Virus record (IMG/VR): IMGVR_UViG_3300030098_003679
Coordinates: 1-41,822 of that record
Source of the DNA: a virus
Taxonomy: Duplodnaviria > Caudoviricetes
Length of the DNA: 41,822 nucleotides
Reading direction: 5' to 3' (one strand)
Part shown: piece by piece, positions 1 through 10,459 of the stretch
Layout: every line of letters begins with the position of its first letter
Position numbering within the stretch: the stretch's first letter is position 1
Position numbers and translations under genes: made by a program
Notes under the pieces: model-generated
Told to the model about the DNA's origin: nothing
Database searches by the model: none
Seen by the model: only the letters and a program-made list of their open reading frames with translations

Positions 1-1
1 G

Positions 2-76
2 TTCCTAGAAAAGAAAATAGGCGAACATGAAGAGAAGTTGAAGAAAGAGGAAAGCACAAAGGAGGAGGCTAAATAA
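2..76 (+). CDS. 3' end of a plus-strand gene converging on the late arm (partial, ...FLEKKIGEHEEKLKKEESTKEEAK*)
   Basis: Open frame 2 ends at TAA 74-76. The K/E-rich C-terminus is followed directly by a terminator hairpin. Confidence 0.6.
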   Translation, partial: FLEKKIGEHEEKLKKEESTKEEAK

Positions 77-91
77 TAGCCTCTTCTTTTT
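58..91. terminator. Bidirectional intrinsic terminator between the converging arms
   Basis: AAAGGAGGAGGCTA-AATAA-TAGCCTCTTCTTTT stem-loop, with a T-tract on the + side and an A-tract upstream. It overlaps the stop at 74-76 and lies just past the converging stop at 109. Confidence 0.75.
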
Positions 92-108
92 ACTTTTTAG
101 TACCATGG

Positions 109-1422
109 TTACGAGCGGTTTTTAAGCCAATTGTAAGCTTTATATCCACCATAACCTACTAAACCAGCTAATCCTGCTCTTCTTAGTACATATGGAGCAA
201 CTCTAGCTAAAGCCGATTTAGAGCTTTTAGATAAAGGATTTTTAAGAACTTTATTCCATTTAAAATAAGCATCATTGTATTTATTCATAGCTGTAGCCAT
301 TTCGTTTTTCAACTTATTCCTAGAACCTCCAACCCTTAAACCTTTAGCTTTTTCTTCTCTGTAAAGAGGGTCAAATCTTCTAGGAGTATACGCTTTTTTA
401 CGCTCTGATTTTATACTAGGGTCATTACTAGCTTCTTTTATCTTTTTAGTAGCCTCTTTTATACTTATTTCTTTAGAATCTACATAATTAATAGCATCTC
501 TACCACCACCTTTAAAACCACCTATAACATCTCTTTTATCAGTAGCTATAATTCTTATTTTATCTTTCTTTTTAGGGTCCCATATTCCTACTGAATTATA
601 ACCACCCCAATCGAAATTAGACTTCCAACGAGGACTGGTCTGAAAAACTACTTTTCCATCTTTAATAGTTGCCATTGGGTTAAAATATCCTCTTCTAGAT
701 AAGGCATTAACTTTTTCAACAGCCATATTTACATTACCTTTGTGGTTCTTTAGAGTAGTCATAGCTCTATAAAAATTAGGGTCAAATTGAGCCCCTCTTA
801 CAACATCAGCCCATGCTGGAGTTGCATATTTTAAAAATAATACATTTTTTGAACTTGGAAGATTCCATTGCCTTAAAGCATATCTCCCTATATTGTTACC
901 TCCTGCACTTTTATAGAAATCTCCTGGATTACTCTTTTTTACATATTTACTAGCATAATCTGATAATGCATTCTGAGGAGTTTGTCTAAACATATGTGCG
1001 TTAGAAAAATCATTGGTAAGTTTGAAGTGAACTTGTTTTTCAATATTTCTTATTTGAAACTTAGCATCATCAAAACTTATTCTACCTGATGTATACATAT
1101 TTGTTAATCGAGCTATTTCTTTTTCAGCACCTAGATACCTTCTGTGTAATTGAGGAGGTATACCTGTTTTGTCATAAGCCAATACTTCGACAGGGTCTAA
1201 CAATGAATTATAAGCAAATCTTCGACTAGCTTTAGCAGCTTCTCTTCCCATTAATTGAGTCTTTTGCCAGTTAGTAACACCAGGCCCATAATATCCATCT
1301 AAATAATTATGCATATAATCAGCAACTCTTCTCATAGGAACTGCTTTTGCTGTATAAGCCGTACCACCTATACCAGCAGCTAATTTCAATAAATCCTTAC
1401 TAGTTTTTTTATTTTCTGCCAT
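109..1422 (-). CDS. Hypothetical basic virion/ejection-block protein (437 aa)
   Basis: Last ORF of the late arm, with a TAATG overlap to the 3003-aa gene. Gly/Ala-rich hydrophobic stretches at both termini. No family recognised. Confidence 0.6.
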   Translation of the reverse strand: MAENKKTSKDLLKLAAGIGGTAYTAKAVPMRRVADYMHNYLDGYYGPGVTNWQKTQLMGREAAKASRRFAYNSLLDPVEVLAYDKTGIPPQLHRRYLGAEKEIARLTNMYTSGRISFDDAKFQIRNIEKQVHFKLTNDFSNAHMFRQTPQNALSDYASKYVKKSNPGDFYKSAGGNNIGRYALRQWNLPSSKNVLFLKYATPAWADVVRGAQFDPNFYRAMTTLKNHKGNVNMAVEKVNALSRRGYFNPMATIKDGKVVFQTSPRWKSNFDWGGYNSVGIWDPKKKDKIRIIATDKRDVIGGFKGGGRDAINYVDSKEISIKEATKKIKEASNDPSIKSERKKAYTPRRFDPLYREEKAKGLRVGGSRNKLKNEMATAMNKYNDAYFKWNKVLKNPLSKSSKSALARVAPYVLRRAGLAGLVGYGGYKAYNWLKNRS

Positions 1423-4400
1423 TATCTTTCAACTCCATAAGGAGACCATGGATACCAAGGCCCTTTACCTTTTCTCATTTTCTTAGATTCATTATTTAAT
1501 GATTGTAATGGGAACCCAGCCCATTTATCAACCAACCCCATAGGATTTTCTATTAAATTATTTGGTGCTAGAAAGTCTTTAGCTAACCTTCCAAAAGGAA
1601 ATAGTGTATAAATATGGTAATTTGCAAATCTATCCCATTCTCCAGAATTAAGTGATTTCATGACAGACAAGGGATGTCTCATAATTGGAGGAGTAACTAA
1701 CTGTAAAGGAGCCAATCCTTTAGGCCACATACCAAAGAAAGCTCTATCTCTTTCATTTTCATTTCCAAATAACCAGTCTGCTGTATCTTGAAACCAAGAA
1801 TAAGGAGCTGGCATAGCTGTATCAAATATAGAATAAGCAAAAGCATTACCTAAAGCAAATACTGTTAAATCAGCTTGCATTAACCTTCTAAATCTTTCAT
1901 ATTCTGGAGTACCTGCTCTTAAACCAAATATCTTAGCTTCTCTTGCTATATCATTTCTAAATCTTACAGCATTCCATTGCCATAGTTGGAAACGAGTCAT
2001 TATCTTGCCAAGAGCTGTTCTAGCAAATGCTGGTCTATAAGGAGCATTATATAGGAATTGAGTAGCTTTAACACCTTTCTTTGCTAATTCTATTAAAAAT
2101 GGATGGTCAGGATTCTTTATTGCACCATCAAACATTTCATATGCTCTAGCATAATGAGCCATAAAAGCATCTCTTCTTAGCATTCTCTCAGGAACAGACA
2201 TAAACTTAGAGGCTATATTCATTATACCTTCACTAACATTATGTTTTTTACCTAAATCTCTTAAAGTAGTTTCTGCTAATTCTCCATCATTCCCTATTTT
2301 CTTAGCTATATCCTTAGCAAAATTCTTAACATTAGCAGCTCTCATATCAGGGTCTATACCAAACTGATATAAAATAAACTCAGGAATTACACCGTGTTTA
2401 GTAACAAATGCGTCAATATCATCTTTAGATTTCCATTTAGGATTTATTTTATTAAGATATGAAATATCCCTACCTTTCTTAAAATACTCTAGTCCAGCAC
2501 TTTGTATACTATGAATGCTACCACCAAATATATTACCAACAGAAGCCTTAGGATGAGCAAGTAAAGATGCTAACTCAAATTTAGCTTCTGCATTTGATAT
2601 TTTCTGTAAAGTACTATAATCAATTTCATTCAAATGTTTATCTAATTCAGGATATTCAGATGCTTTCTTACCTAGAATAGTATCTTTCATACCTTGGAGT
2701 TTCTTTTTAACCCTGTTGTCAGCCCACCAATAATAAGGAGTACCTTTTAATTTCATACTAGGGTCATTATATATTCTCTCTGGTATAATAGCTGGATTAC
2801 CCATAGCATCTTGAGCATATAACTTTAAGAAATTCATCCAATTTCTAAGTAAATTACTCTGAACCTTAACACCATCTTCATTTATATAAGTACCAGTTTT
2901 TTCTTTATGCCAACCTAATTCTTCACCTCTCTTTCTAAATTGTTCAATTTTATGTCTAGAAAAAATCTGATTTATTTGATTAAAATATGTATTAGCTATA
3001 TTCCTTAAATAAACTTCATATGTATTCTTGCTTATATCATATCCAGGCATATGATTTGTTCTAGAATGCATACTACCCATCCTTTGATTAGCATTCCACC
3101 ATTTCAATTCATCACCTTTCTTTTTAGAATTTATCTCACCAGCAGCTCTTTCAAATGCATCCCATATTTCAGTTCCAGGCTCAATCCAATCTCCTGATAT
3201 ATTATGACCTTTCATAAGAATTTCTTTTATCTGAGCATCTCTAGCTTCTTCAGTTAGATTTGGGTCTTCTTTTACAGACCTTATAGCAGCCTCCATAGCT
3301 TTTCTAGACTCAGCTTTGCTATGAAACATATGAGGATAGTATCCAGAATAATTTAACTTACCAGTTTTAGTAAGTCTTGTTTTCATTAATTTAGCTCTAG
3401 CTTTATTACCAGCTTTATTTTTAGGGAAAAACTCTAATAGCATAGAACGAGCTATTTGTCTAACACCGTCAATACCTAGGTCTAAAGGAAAATCTTTACC
3501 TTCTCTATATCTAGCTTCTAAATCCTTAACAAATAATCTCCAATTTATTTCAGGCTCTTTTTGCTCGAAGTCAAAAAACTTACCTGTTTTATATCTATCA
3601 AGAGCCTCTGGTTTTCCAACCATCATTTCATGAGCTCTTTTATTCATATTGGTATAAGTCTCTTTAATTTTATCAACAATTTCCCAACCATTCATTTTAA
3701 CTTTAGTACCATCAGGGTTTGTAATATTATAAATTCTTTCTAAAGCAATTTTAGCAGAGCCCTTAGGATTAGCTGTTCTAACTTGATTACTAGAACCTTC
3801 TATAGATTTTATATATTCATCTCTATATGACCTAGCTTGTTGTCTTCTTCTGTCTAGGCTAATATCTTTATTTCTAAAAATACGAGGTATTTCACTAAGT
3901 TCCATTTTCCTGACAGCAATTCTTCTTAATGTTTCTCCGTATTCTGGAACTGCATCTGTATAAAAGCTTAATACAGAATTTAATTCTATATTTAACTTCT
4001 CGCCTAATTCAATAGCCTTTTCTCCAATTCTTCCGTTCCAATCTTGAAGCCCTTCTAATGCCCAACTAGGCTGTCTAACCCATCCTTCTTTCCATTCACC
4101 TGATTTAGTTTTGAAGAATCCTTTCTTCTTAACAAATTCAATATCATATTTCATCATTGATTTACTAACTGTTTTAGGAAACATCATCCAGAATCTCTTT
4201 TTCATATCAGGAGAATCTTCTTTAAACAATCTTTGTTGAAATGTACCTGCTCTCATGTCTTTTAAAAAGTTATTAAATATCTTCCAATCCTGTAAGTCCA
4301 TGACATTCATATCTTTCTTCATAACATCACGAGTAATTTCATTTAGTTTAAGAGTGTGGCCTTTAGAGTAATACTTTAAATTTTCAGCTAATTCAGTAAC

Positions 4401-7400
4401 AATTTTAGTCTGCTCAGGATTTAACTTACCTGCAGTTAAACCTTCATATCCGCTTAAATCTTCTACATAAGAATTTTTAACTAATTCTTTATCAATATTT
4501 TCTGGTTCAAACAATCTAACTTTACCATCTTGACCATCAACCTCTACCTTAACTTCTTCAGCTTTATCAAGAGCTTTTATAGCTTTCTTTATTTCAGACT
4601 CTTTAGCTTTAAATGATTTACCAGCTAATCCCATGTAATCTCTAAGATAGTCTCTAATAGATGTATCGCTTATAGATGTAGATGTATAGCCTAATTTAGT
4701 TAATGAACTTTTAGAGCCTTTCATCATATAGTCATGTTTTATTTTAGGGTCTTTTAGATTAACATTTCCCCTTTTAGCCATTTCATTCCTATTGTAAGAA
4801 CCTAGCATTAAATAATCGTAAAGCTTTTTCTCTGCATTAGTCTCAAGTCCATCTTTAAATTGCTTTATTCTTTTATCTACCTGAACTTGGTCTAACGATG
4901 AAGAACCTTCTGTGAGTTTATAATCTTTTTCTAATAATAATTTATATGCAGCTATTTCTTCAGGTGTATGATGGTCTCTTATAGCGTCTAAATCTCCTAA
5001 TTCCATCCTTTCTTTAGCCATTAAATAACTAGACTTTTTAACATCTTCTACTTCAGTGAAAATTCTTTCGATTGTTTTCATATCTAAAACATCTTTATTC
5101 TTTTCATATAAATCTGCTATTCTCTTCAAACTAACCATTTGATGTATATCGTTAGTTACAAAATCTTGAGCTTTTATCCAGACATCATTTACAATAGCCT
5201 CTCTTTCTTGAACTGAAAAATCTTCCATATCTTTTTTAAATTTCTCAGGAGTATCCTTTTTGTGTCTAGTATAATTTAATCCTTTCATAAAATCAAAAAA
5301 CTCTAGACTATCATTGGCTATATTTCTTCTTTGTCTGTCACTAAAAGCTCTAAAATCTAAAATCTTTTTAACAAATTGGCTTTCAGGTATTGTAAAAGTA
5401 GTTCTACCCATCATTCCTGCTAAAAATTTATAATCTTTAGCCATTTGATTCATATCTACATACAACTGTTCTAACTTACTTTTATCTATTTTATTAAATA
5501 TATTATCAACCCATTTAGGAGACTTATTAATTAATCTAGCTTGTTTAGCCATAATATTAGTTAGCTGAGTATTACTATCAAATTCGTTAATAAACTGCGT
5601 ATTCTCTTTAATTTCGCTCTCTGTCCACATTCTACCAGCTTTATAGTTCTGACCAAATAAAGATGTATTCATTTTCATCACATTTTCTAAAGTACCATTC
5701 TTTAATTTCCATATAGGGTCAAACTTTTTATTAGCAAACTTACTCATAAAGCCATCTAAATCTTTAATCTTAGCATCCACCAATCTATTATTGACGAACT
5801 TTTTAACATTTTTTACTTTGAAGTATGAATCGTAAAGCTCTTTAAAGTAAAATTGATAAGGTTTAATACCACCACTATCCATAGGGTCAGCAGTAAAAGC
5901 AGTCATAGATGATGTAAGCCTTCTAGCATAATCAAGCCATTCTTTTTCTGTTCTAGCTTCAATTTCTACTTGATATGTTTCCCATTTCTTACCTTCTTTA
6001 TTATCAAAATTAAATGTATCTACTTTACCCTTTTTATTAGCTATTAAATCATGAGCAGCTTTCATAGTTTGAGTCATAGATACAACACCACCCATTTGAG
6101 CACGACTATCTACAACATCTTGAGATACTTTTAATCTAGAACTAGGAGCATACATATATATCTGAGATTTTTTAGCCAACTTAGAGAACTCACTAGCTCC
6201 TTCTGTAAGTAAATCTTCCATAGACTGACCTTTATGCTTACCATCAGGTCTATTTACTTGACCAGATTTAGGGTCTGGTATAAATTTATCATAAGCTTCT
6301 TTTTGTTTAGCAGAAAGCTTTTTAAATTCTTCTGGTGTTTTATACTTATATTTACCACCAATTTTCTTCTTAGTCACATACTGAACGTACTCTTCTTTAT
6401 TGGCTTCAAATACATCTTTCCAAGTCTTCTTCATCCCCTCACCAACACCAGCAGCATTCTTTCCACCAAAATACACAAATGCTTCATCAGCATCTAAATC
6501 AGCACCACCTAATGCTCTCATACTTCTTGGATGTAATAAAATACCATGGCCATTTCTACCAGTAAATCCTCTGAACTTTAATGCGTGTGCTCCCGATATA
6601 GAATCCATAGGAACTCTTATAGCCATAGCTCTAAATATTTCCTCAACTTCTTTTTCTAGTCCTTTAAAGTTTTTACTATAATCAACTTTACCCTTGTCAT
6701 TGACAGATGCTTCCCATAACTTTCCTAATGTAGTTTTCTTAAACTTTCCAGGAAGATGTGTTATTATAGGCATATCATAGTATTTATTATCTAAAAAGAA
6801 TATATCATCTCTAGTATTAAGTTCTTTTAAATAAGGATTTGACTTATCTAAATCCATCATCATTGCTTTGTCATATGGCCTCATTCTAGCAGCAGCTGAA
6901 TTACCTATTTTAGGTTTAGCAATTTGATTCATTATATAACTTCTCATTACTTTTAACCTATAAGGTCTAATCCATTTATGAGTATATATTGCAGCAGCTT
7001 TTATATCTGCTTGTTTAGCTACTTTATTAGCTTGATTTAATATTCTATCAGTCATAGTGTTAAAATCTTCTAATTCTTGAATATACTCATTAAGTTCAGT
7101 TTCTTTATGACCGTTTTCTCTAGCTTCTTCATAAGCAGCTTCTTTATTAATCTTTAATAGCTTTCTAAAAGCAGCATCAGAGAATTCCGTACCCTCATTA
7201 GTATTAGCTGCTTCTAGTAATTCATTAACACCTATCTTGTCTATATTCTTTATAAGTTTATTTAAGCCTTCTTTTGTTGGATTTTTCCTATAATTAGCTA
7301 GGGCATCATTCCATTTAGTTTCACCTTGGTATGACTTAGCTATAGTCTCATTAAATATATCAGTTATTACTTCATTATCTATAGGTTTGTAAGCAACTTT

Positions 7401-10400
7401 AGAATTTAAATTACTAAACCACTGCTTAGGTATCCTATGATTATGCTTCCACATATTATCATGCTGTTTAACAGAATAACTATATTTAATATGAGAAGGG
7501 TCTAATGTATATTTATCAGCGTTTAATGAAAATTTACCTCTAGGAGATATATCGTAAGTACCTACGTTTCTTTTACCTAATTGTTTAGTAGAGGATTCAT
7601 ATATTAAATAATGCAATCCTTCTTTTTTCATAGCTTCTGATAACTTTTTACCAGCATCATGAAACATAAATTTACCATACATTCCACCTAATTCTCCATC
7701 AGGGGATAGAATAAATGCTTTATTTTGACCAGACTCTGGCTGACCAGCATCTTTATTATTAAATTTAACTACATCATCTCTAGCTATTATAGCTCCATCA
7801 GTCTTTTCTAAGAAACTATCAGCATATGCTTTAAATAACTTTTCATCATGTTCTTTTAATTTTTCTATATCTTTTACTACCGAATATCTAAAACCACCAT
7901 GCTTCTTAAATACCTTGTCTTTAGCAAACTCTACTTTAGCAAATTCCTTACTACCTGCCCAAGCAGGAGTAAGCATAATCTGTAAACGCTTATTATAATC
8001 TAGAGTATTACTTATAAAGCCTGTAATATCTTTAGGTCCCCACATTTTCTTTAAATTAGCTGGGGTTAAATCATAACCTTGCATCCCCATATCATATAGT
8101 ATATTAGATATAAAAGCATCATCGAACATCTTTCTAGATTCAGCTTTTGTTAGATTAGGAAATTGCTCTCTAAAGAGAGTTAAGGCTTTCTTGTAATTAG
8201 CTTTTCTATTACCCTTAGGTCCTATTAGCCTGTTTAAAGTAGGACCAAGCTTATTAGACTTTGTTTTAGGATGGTATTTAACAAAGAACAACTTATCTGC
8301 ATCACCTCTGCCACCAAAAAGATACATACCAACATTCTTTTTATTCATGTTTTTAACAAGCTTCTGAATAGTAGCATCATAAACCTCTGGACTTGCTTTC
8401 CTTAGGTCAGATAACTTATAATCCTTCCAATGACCAGAACTGTTTTTCATGCTTATATGGTCCACAGTAGTCATATTGCCATATTTAGTATCTATCTCAC
8501 CACCACTTTCTTTTAAATAGATTTCCTCTAGAACCTTCATTGGCTCTTGAGAATCCTTTTTATTACCAGCTTTAGTCATATTTTCAGCCATAGGCTCAAT
8601 TCTAAAATACTCTTTACCTTTCTTGCCTACAGAGTACATAAGACGCATATGAGGCTGTTTTTGGCCATTATTAGCGATGTTTAGCCATTGTCTTAACTCA
8701 CCCCTTGCTTCAGCAGAAAGTGGCGCTCCTAGCTCTTTTTGAAGCTCATTAGCCATTTTCTCTGTATTCGGCTCTTTTCCTGGCTCTATATTTTTAATTA
8801 ACTGTTTGTCTACTTTTGCTGATATTAAAGTTCTTAAATCATTTTTAGTGACCATATCAACTTCGGGTAGTTCAAATAAATCCTTTAGCCATTTATCTGC
8901 AAATTGTTGTGCTCTATTACCTACTCTTATATCGCTAACAATCTCACCTGGGTCTGAAGCATTATCTTGATTTTCCCCTACTTTAGAGACAATATCTTCA
9001 GGCTTAATACCTAGTTCTAACTGCTCTTTTAATTCTGTTTTCTTAACTATTTCATTGGATAATTCACCTATCTTTTCAGATGTATATAAATACATAGCTG
9101 ATTTTTTACCAGTATCTTTAAATATCTTATTTTCTACATCAAATGCTTCTTGTAGGCTCTTAATCTTTTCAGCTGATTTATCTATATCTTCTTGAACTTT
9201 AAATATCTTTTTAACAATTCTTTCTTGAGCTGGCTCTACTAAAGGCTCCTCAGCTAGATAATTAGCATGTTCTTGACTTATTTCGCCAGTCTTCATTATT
9301 TCACGAGCTTTTTCCCAAGACTCTTTAGTTATATTGCCATACTTATCTTGAAGCCCTAATTGCTTTATAATCTCATGCCCCATAAAGCCACCAACATTGT
9401 TAGGATAAAGCTTATCTATTTCTTTATATACTTGCTCTTTTATTTCAGGGTCAAGTTTATCCCACTTTTCACCCATAAGTTTAGGGTCTTTTTTGATGTC
9501 CATCTCAGCATTCTTAACGCTTTTAGCACCAAAGTCTTTCATAAATTTCATTGCACCTGCTTTCTGCCAAGGAACCTCATTTAACCCAAAGAATCCACCT
9601 AATAAATACTCGTATACTTTCTCTGGTGTAGTAGCACCTCTAGCTTCTGCTGATAATCCTTGAAATAAAGAACCAGCTAATCCTCTAGTTAATTTAGTAG
9701 CTTTAGGGTCTCCTAGTTTTATAGCATTACCCAGTGTTCTAAATACACCACCAGCTAGAGCTCCATGAAATGTTCCTTCTAGCATAGCATTTACACCACC
9801 TTGCCATGAAGATAGCCCACTAGCTACACCTAAGTCGAATGCACCTTCGGCTACATGCCTAGCTGCACCTTTATTTAGAAAGCTAGCAACAGTATTTACA
9901 GCACCAGCTTTTCCTTCAGCTGCTTTCTTAATCATAGGAGAACTTATCTTCTCTACTCTTTTCCTTATAGCTTGAGCTCCTAACATAGGTATTGATTTAA
10001 TACCAGACATCTTTTGAGCCCAACCAGCCATTCCTGCCATTCCAGCCATTCTTGCTAATCTTCCTACAGGAGCTGCTACCATACCTGGAGCAAATCCTAT
10101 TAAATGACCTACGCTTCTAGCTATAGCTTCGTATTCATTATCAGGAGCAGACCCTACATTAAAGGTGGTAAAGCCAGAAAACATCCCTTTAGCGAGTTGC
10201 ATAATAGCTTCGCTTGGATTAAATTCTCCAGTATAAAAGGGTATATTGTGATAGTTAGCGTGTTCTTCTAATTTTTTTTGTAAGCTTTTAGGGAGGCTTC
10301 CACGAAACTCACTCGCTCTTTTTATAAGAGCACGAGTTTGTTCAGCCCCATAGATAGGTTGAAATTGCCCAGATTGTTGAGGCTGTTGAACCTGTTGAGG

Positions 10401-10433
10401 AGAACGTAGTTGTGTTCTCGGAATATATACCAT
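1422..10433 (-). CDS. Giant virion/ejection protein containing a single-chain two-barrel RNA polymerase (putative virion RNAP, 3003 aa)
   Basis: Motifs in the order seen in QDE-1/cellular RdRP-like polymerases: TDGAII (about 7794-7802), GKFMFH, YESSTK (about 7584-7598), RVPMDS (about 6609-6617), LGGADLDADEAFVY (DLDAD at 6486-6500, aa about 1312-1316). Gly/Ala-rich N-terminus typical of ejection proteins. Located after the tail genes. Confidence 0.8.
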   Translation of the reverse strand: MVYIPRTQLRSPQQVQQPQQSGQFQPIYGAEQTRALIKRASEFRGSLPKSLQKKLEEHANYHNIPFYTGEFNPSEAIMQLAKGMFSGFTTFNVGSAPDNEYEAIARSVGHLIGFAPGMVAAPVGRLARMAGMAGMAGWAQKMSGIKSIPMLGAQAIRKRVEKISSPMIKKAAEGKAGAVNTVASFLNKGAARHVAEGAFDLGVASGLSSWQGGVNAMLEGTFHGALAGGVFRTLGNAIKLGDPKATKLTRGLAGSLFQGLSAEARGATTPEKVYEYLLGGFFGLNEVPWQKAGAMKFMKDFGAKSVKNAEMDIKKDPKLMGEKWDKLDPEIKEQVYKEIDKLYPNNVGGFMGHEIIKQLGLQDKYGNITKESWEKAREIMKTGEISQEHANYLAEEPLVEPAQERIVKKIFKVQEDIDKSAEKIKSLQEAFDVENKIFKDTGKKSAMYLYTSEKIGELSNEIVKKTELKEQLELGIKPEDIVSKVGENQDNASDPGEIVSDIRVGNRAQQFADKWLKDLFELPEVDMVTKNDLRTLISAKVDKQLIKNIEPGKEPNTEKMANELQKELGAPLSAEARGELRQWLNIANNGQKQPHMRLMYSVGKKGKEYFRIEPMAENMTKAGNKKDSQEPMKVLEEIYLKESGGEIDTKYGNMTTVDHISMKNSSGHWKDYKLSDLRKASPEVYDATIQKLVKNMNKKNVGMYLFGGRGDADKLFFVKYHPKTKSNKLGPTLNRLIGPKGNRKANYKKALTLFREQFPNLTKAESRKMFDDAFISNILYDMGMQGYDLTPANLKKMWGPKDITGFISNTLDYNKRLQIMLTPAWAGSKEFAKVEFAKDKVFKKHGGFRYSVVKDIEKLKEHDEKLFKAYADSFLEKTDGAIIARDDVVKFNNKDAGQPESGQNKAFILSPDGELGGMYGKFMFHDAGKKLSEAMKKEGLHYLIYESSTKQLGKRNVGTYDISPRGKFSLNADKYTLDPSHIKYSYSVKQHDNMWKHNHRIPKQWFSNLNSKVAYKPIDNEVITDIFNETIAKSYQGETKWNDALANYRKNPTKEGLNKLIKNIDKIGVNELLEAANTNEGTEFSDAAFRKLLKINKEAAYEEARENGHKETELNEYIQELEDFNTMTDRILNQANKVAKQADIKAAAIYTHKWIRPYRLKVMRSYIMNQIAKPKIGNSAAARMRPYDKAMMMDLDKSNPYLKELNTRDDIFFLDNKYYDMPIITHLPGKFKKTTLGKLWEASVNDKGKVDYSKNFKGLEKEVEEIFRAMAIRVPMDSISGAHALKFRGFTGRNGHGILLHPRSMRALGGADLDADEAFVYFGGKNAAGVGEGMKKTWKDVFEANKEEYVQYVTKKKIGGKYKYKTPEEFKKLSAKQKEAYDKFIPDPKSGQVNRPDGKHKGQSMEDLLTEGASEFSKLAKKSQIYMYAPSSRLKVSQDVVDSRAQMGGVVSMTQTMKAAHDLIANKKGKVDTFNFDNKEGKKWETYQVEIEARTEKEWLDYARRLTSSMTAFTADPMDSGGIKPYQFYFKELYDSYFKVKNVKKFVNNRLVDAKIKDLDGFMSKFANKKFDPIWKLKNGTLENVMKMNTSLFGQNYKAGRMWTESEIKENTQFINEFDSNTQLTNIMAKQARLINKSPKWVDNIFNKIDKSKLEQLYVDMNQMAKDYKFLAGMMGRTTFTIPESQFVKKILDFRAFSDRQRRNIANDSLEFFDFMKGLNYTRHKKDTPEKFKKDMEDFSVQEREAIVNDVWIKAQDFVTNDIHQMVSLKRIADLYEKNKDVLDMKTIERIFTEVEDVKKSSYLMAKERMELGDLDAIRDHHTPEEIAAYKLLLEKDYKLTEGSSSLDQVQVDKRIKQFKDGLETNAEKKLYDYLMLGSYNRNEMAKRGNVNLKDPKIKHDYMMKGSKSSLTKLGYTSTSISDTSIRDYLRDYMGLAGKSFKAKESEIKKAIKALDKAEEVKVEVDGQDGKVRLFEPENIDKELVKNSYVEDLSGYEGLTAGKLNPEQTKIVTELAENLKYYSKGHTLKLNEITRDVMKKDMNVMDLQDWKIFNNFLKDMRAGTFQQRLFKEDSPDMKKRFWMMFPKTVSKSMMKYDIEFVKKKGFFKTKSGEWKEGWVRQPSWALEGLQDWNGRIGEKAIELGEKLNIELNSVLSFYTDAVPEYGETLRRIAVRKMELSEIPRIFRNKDISLDRRRQQARSYRDEYIKSIEGSSNQVRTANPKGSAKIALERIYNITNPDGTKVKMNGWEIVDKIKETYTNMNKRAHEMMVGKPEALDRYKTGKFFDFEQKEPEINWRLFVKDLEARYREGKDFPLDLGIDGVRQIARSMLLEFFPKNKAGNKARAKLMKTRLTKTGKLNYSGYYPHMFHSKAESRKAMEAAIRSVKEDPNLTEEARDAQIKEILMKGHNISGDWIEPGTEIWDAFERAAGEINSKKKGDELKWWNANQRMGSMHSRTNHMPGYDISKNTYEVYLRNIANTYFNQINQIFSRHKIEQFRKRGEELGWHKEKTGTYINEDGVKVQSNLLRNWMNFLKLYAQDAMGNPAIIPERIYNDPSMKLKGTPYYWWADNRVKKKLQGMKDTILGKKASEYPELDKHLNEIDYSTLQKISNAEAKFELASLLAHPKASVGNIFGGSIHSIQSAGLEYFKKGRDISYLNKINPKWKSKDDIDAFVTKHGVIPEFILYQFGIDPDMRAANVKNFAKDIAKKIGNDGELAETTLRDLGKKHNVSEGIMNIASKFMSVPERMLRRDAFMAHYARAYEMFDGAIKNPDHPFLIELAKKGVKATQFLYNAPYRPAFARTALGKIMTRFQLWQWNAVRFRNDIAREAKIFGLRAGTPEYERFRRLMQADLTVFALGNAFAYSIFDTAMPAPYSWFQDTADWLFGNENERDRAFFGMWPKGLAPLQLVTPPIMRHPLSVMKSLNSGEWDRFANYHIYTLFPFGRLAKDFLAPNNLIENPMGLVDKWAGFPLQSLNNESKKMRKGKGPWYPWSPYGVER

Positions 10434-10459
10434 TTATAAGATACCTTGTTTACGTGTTA

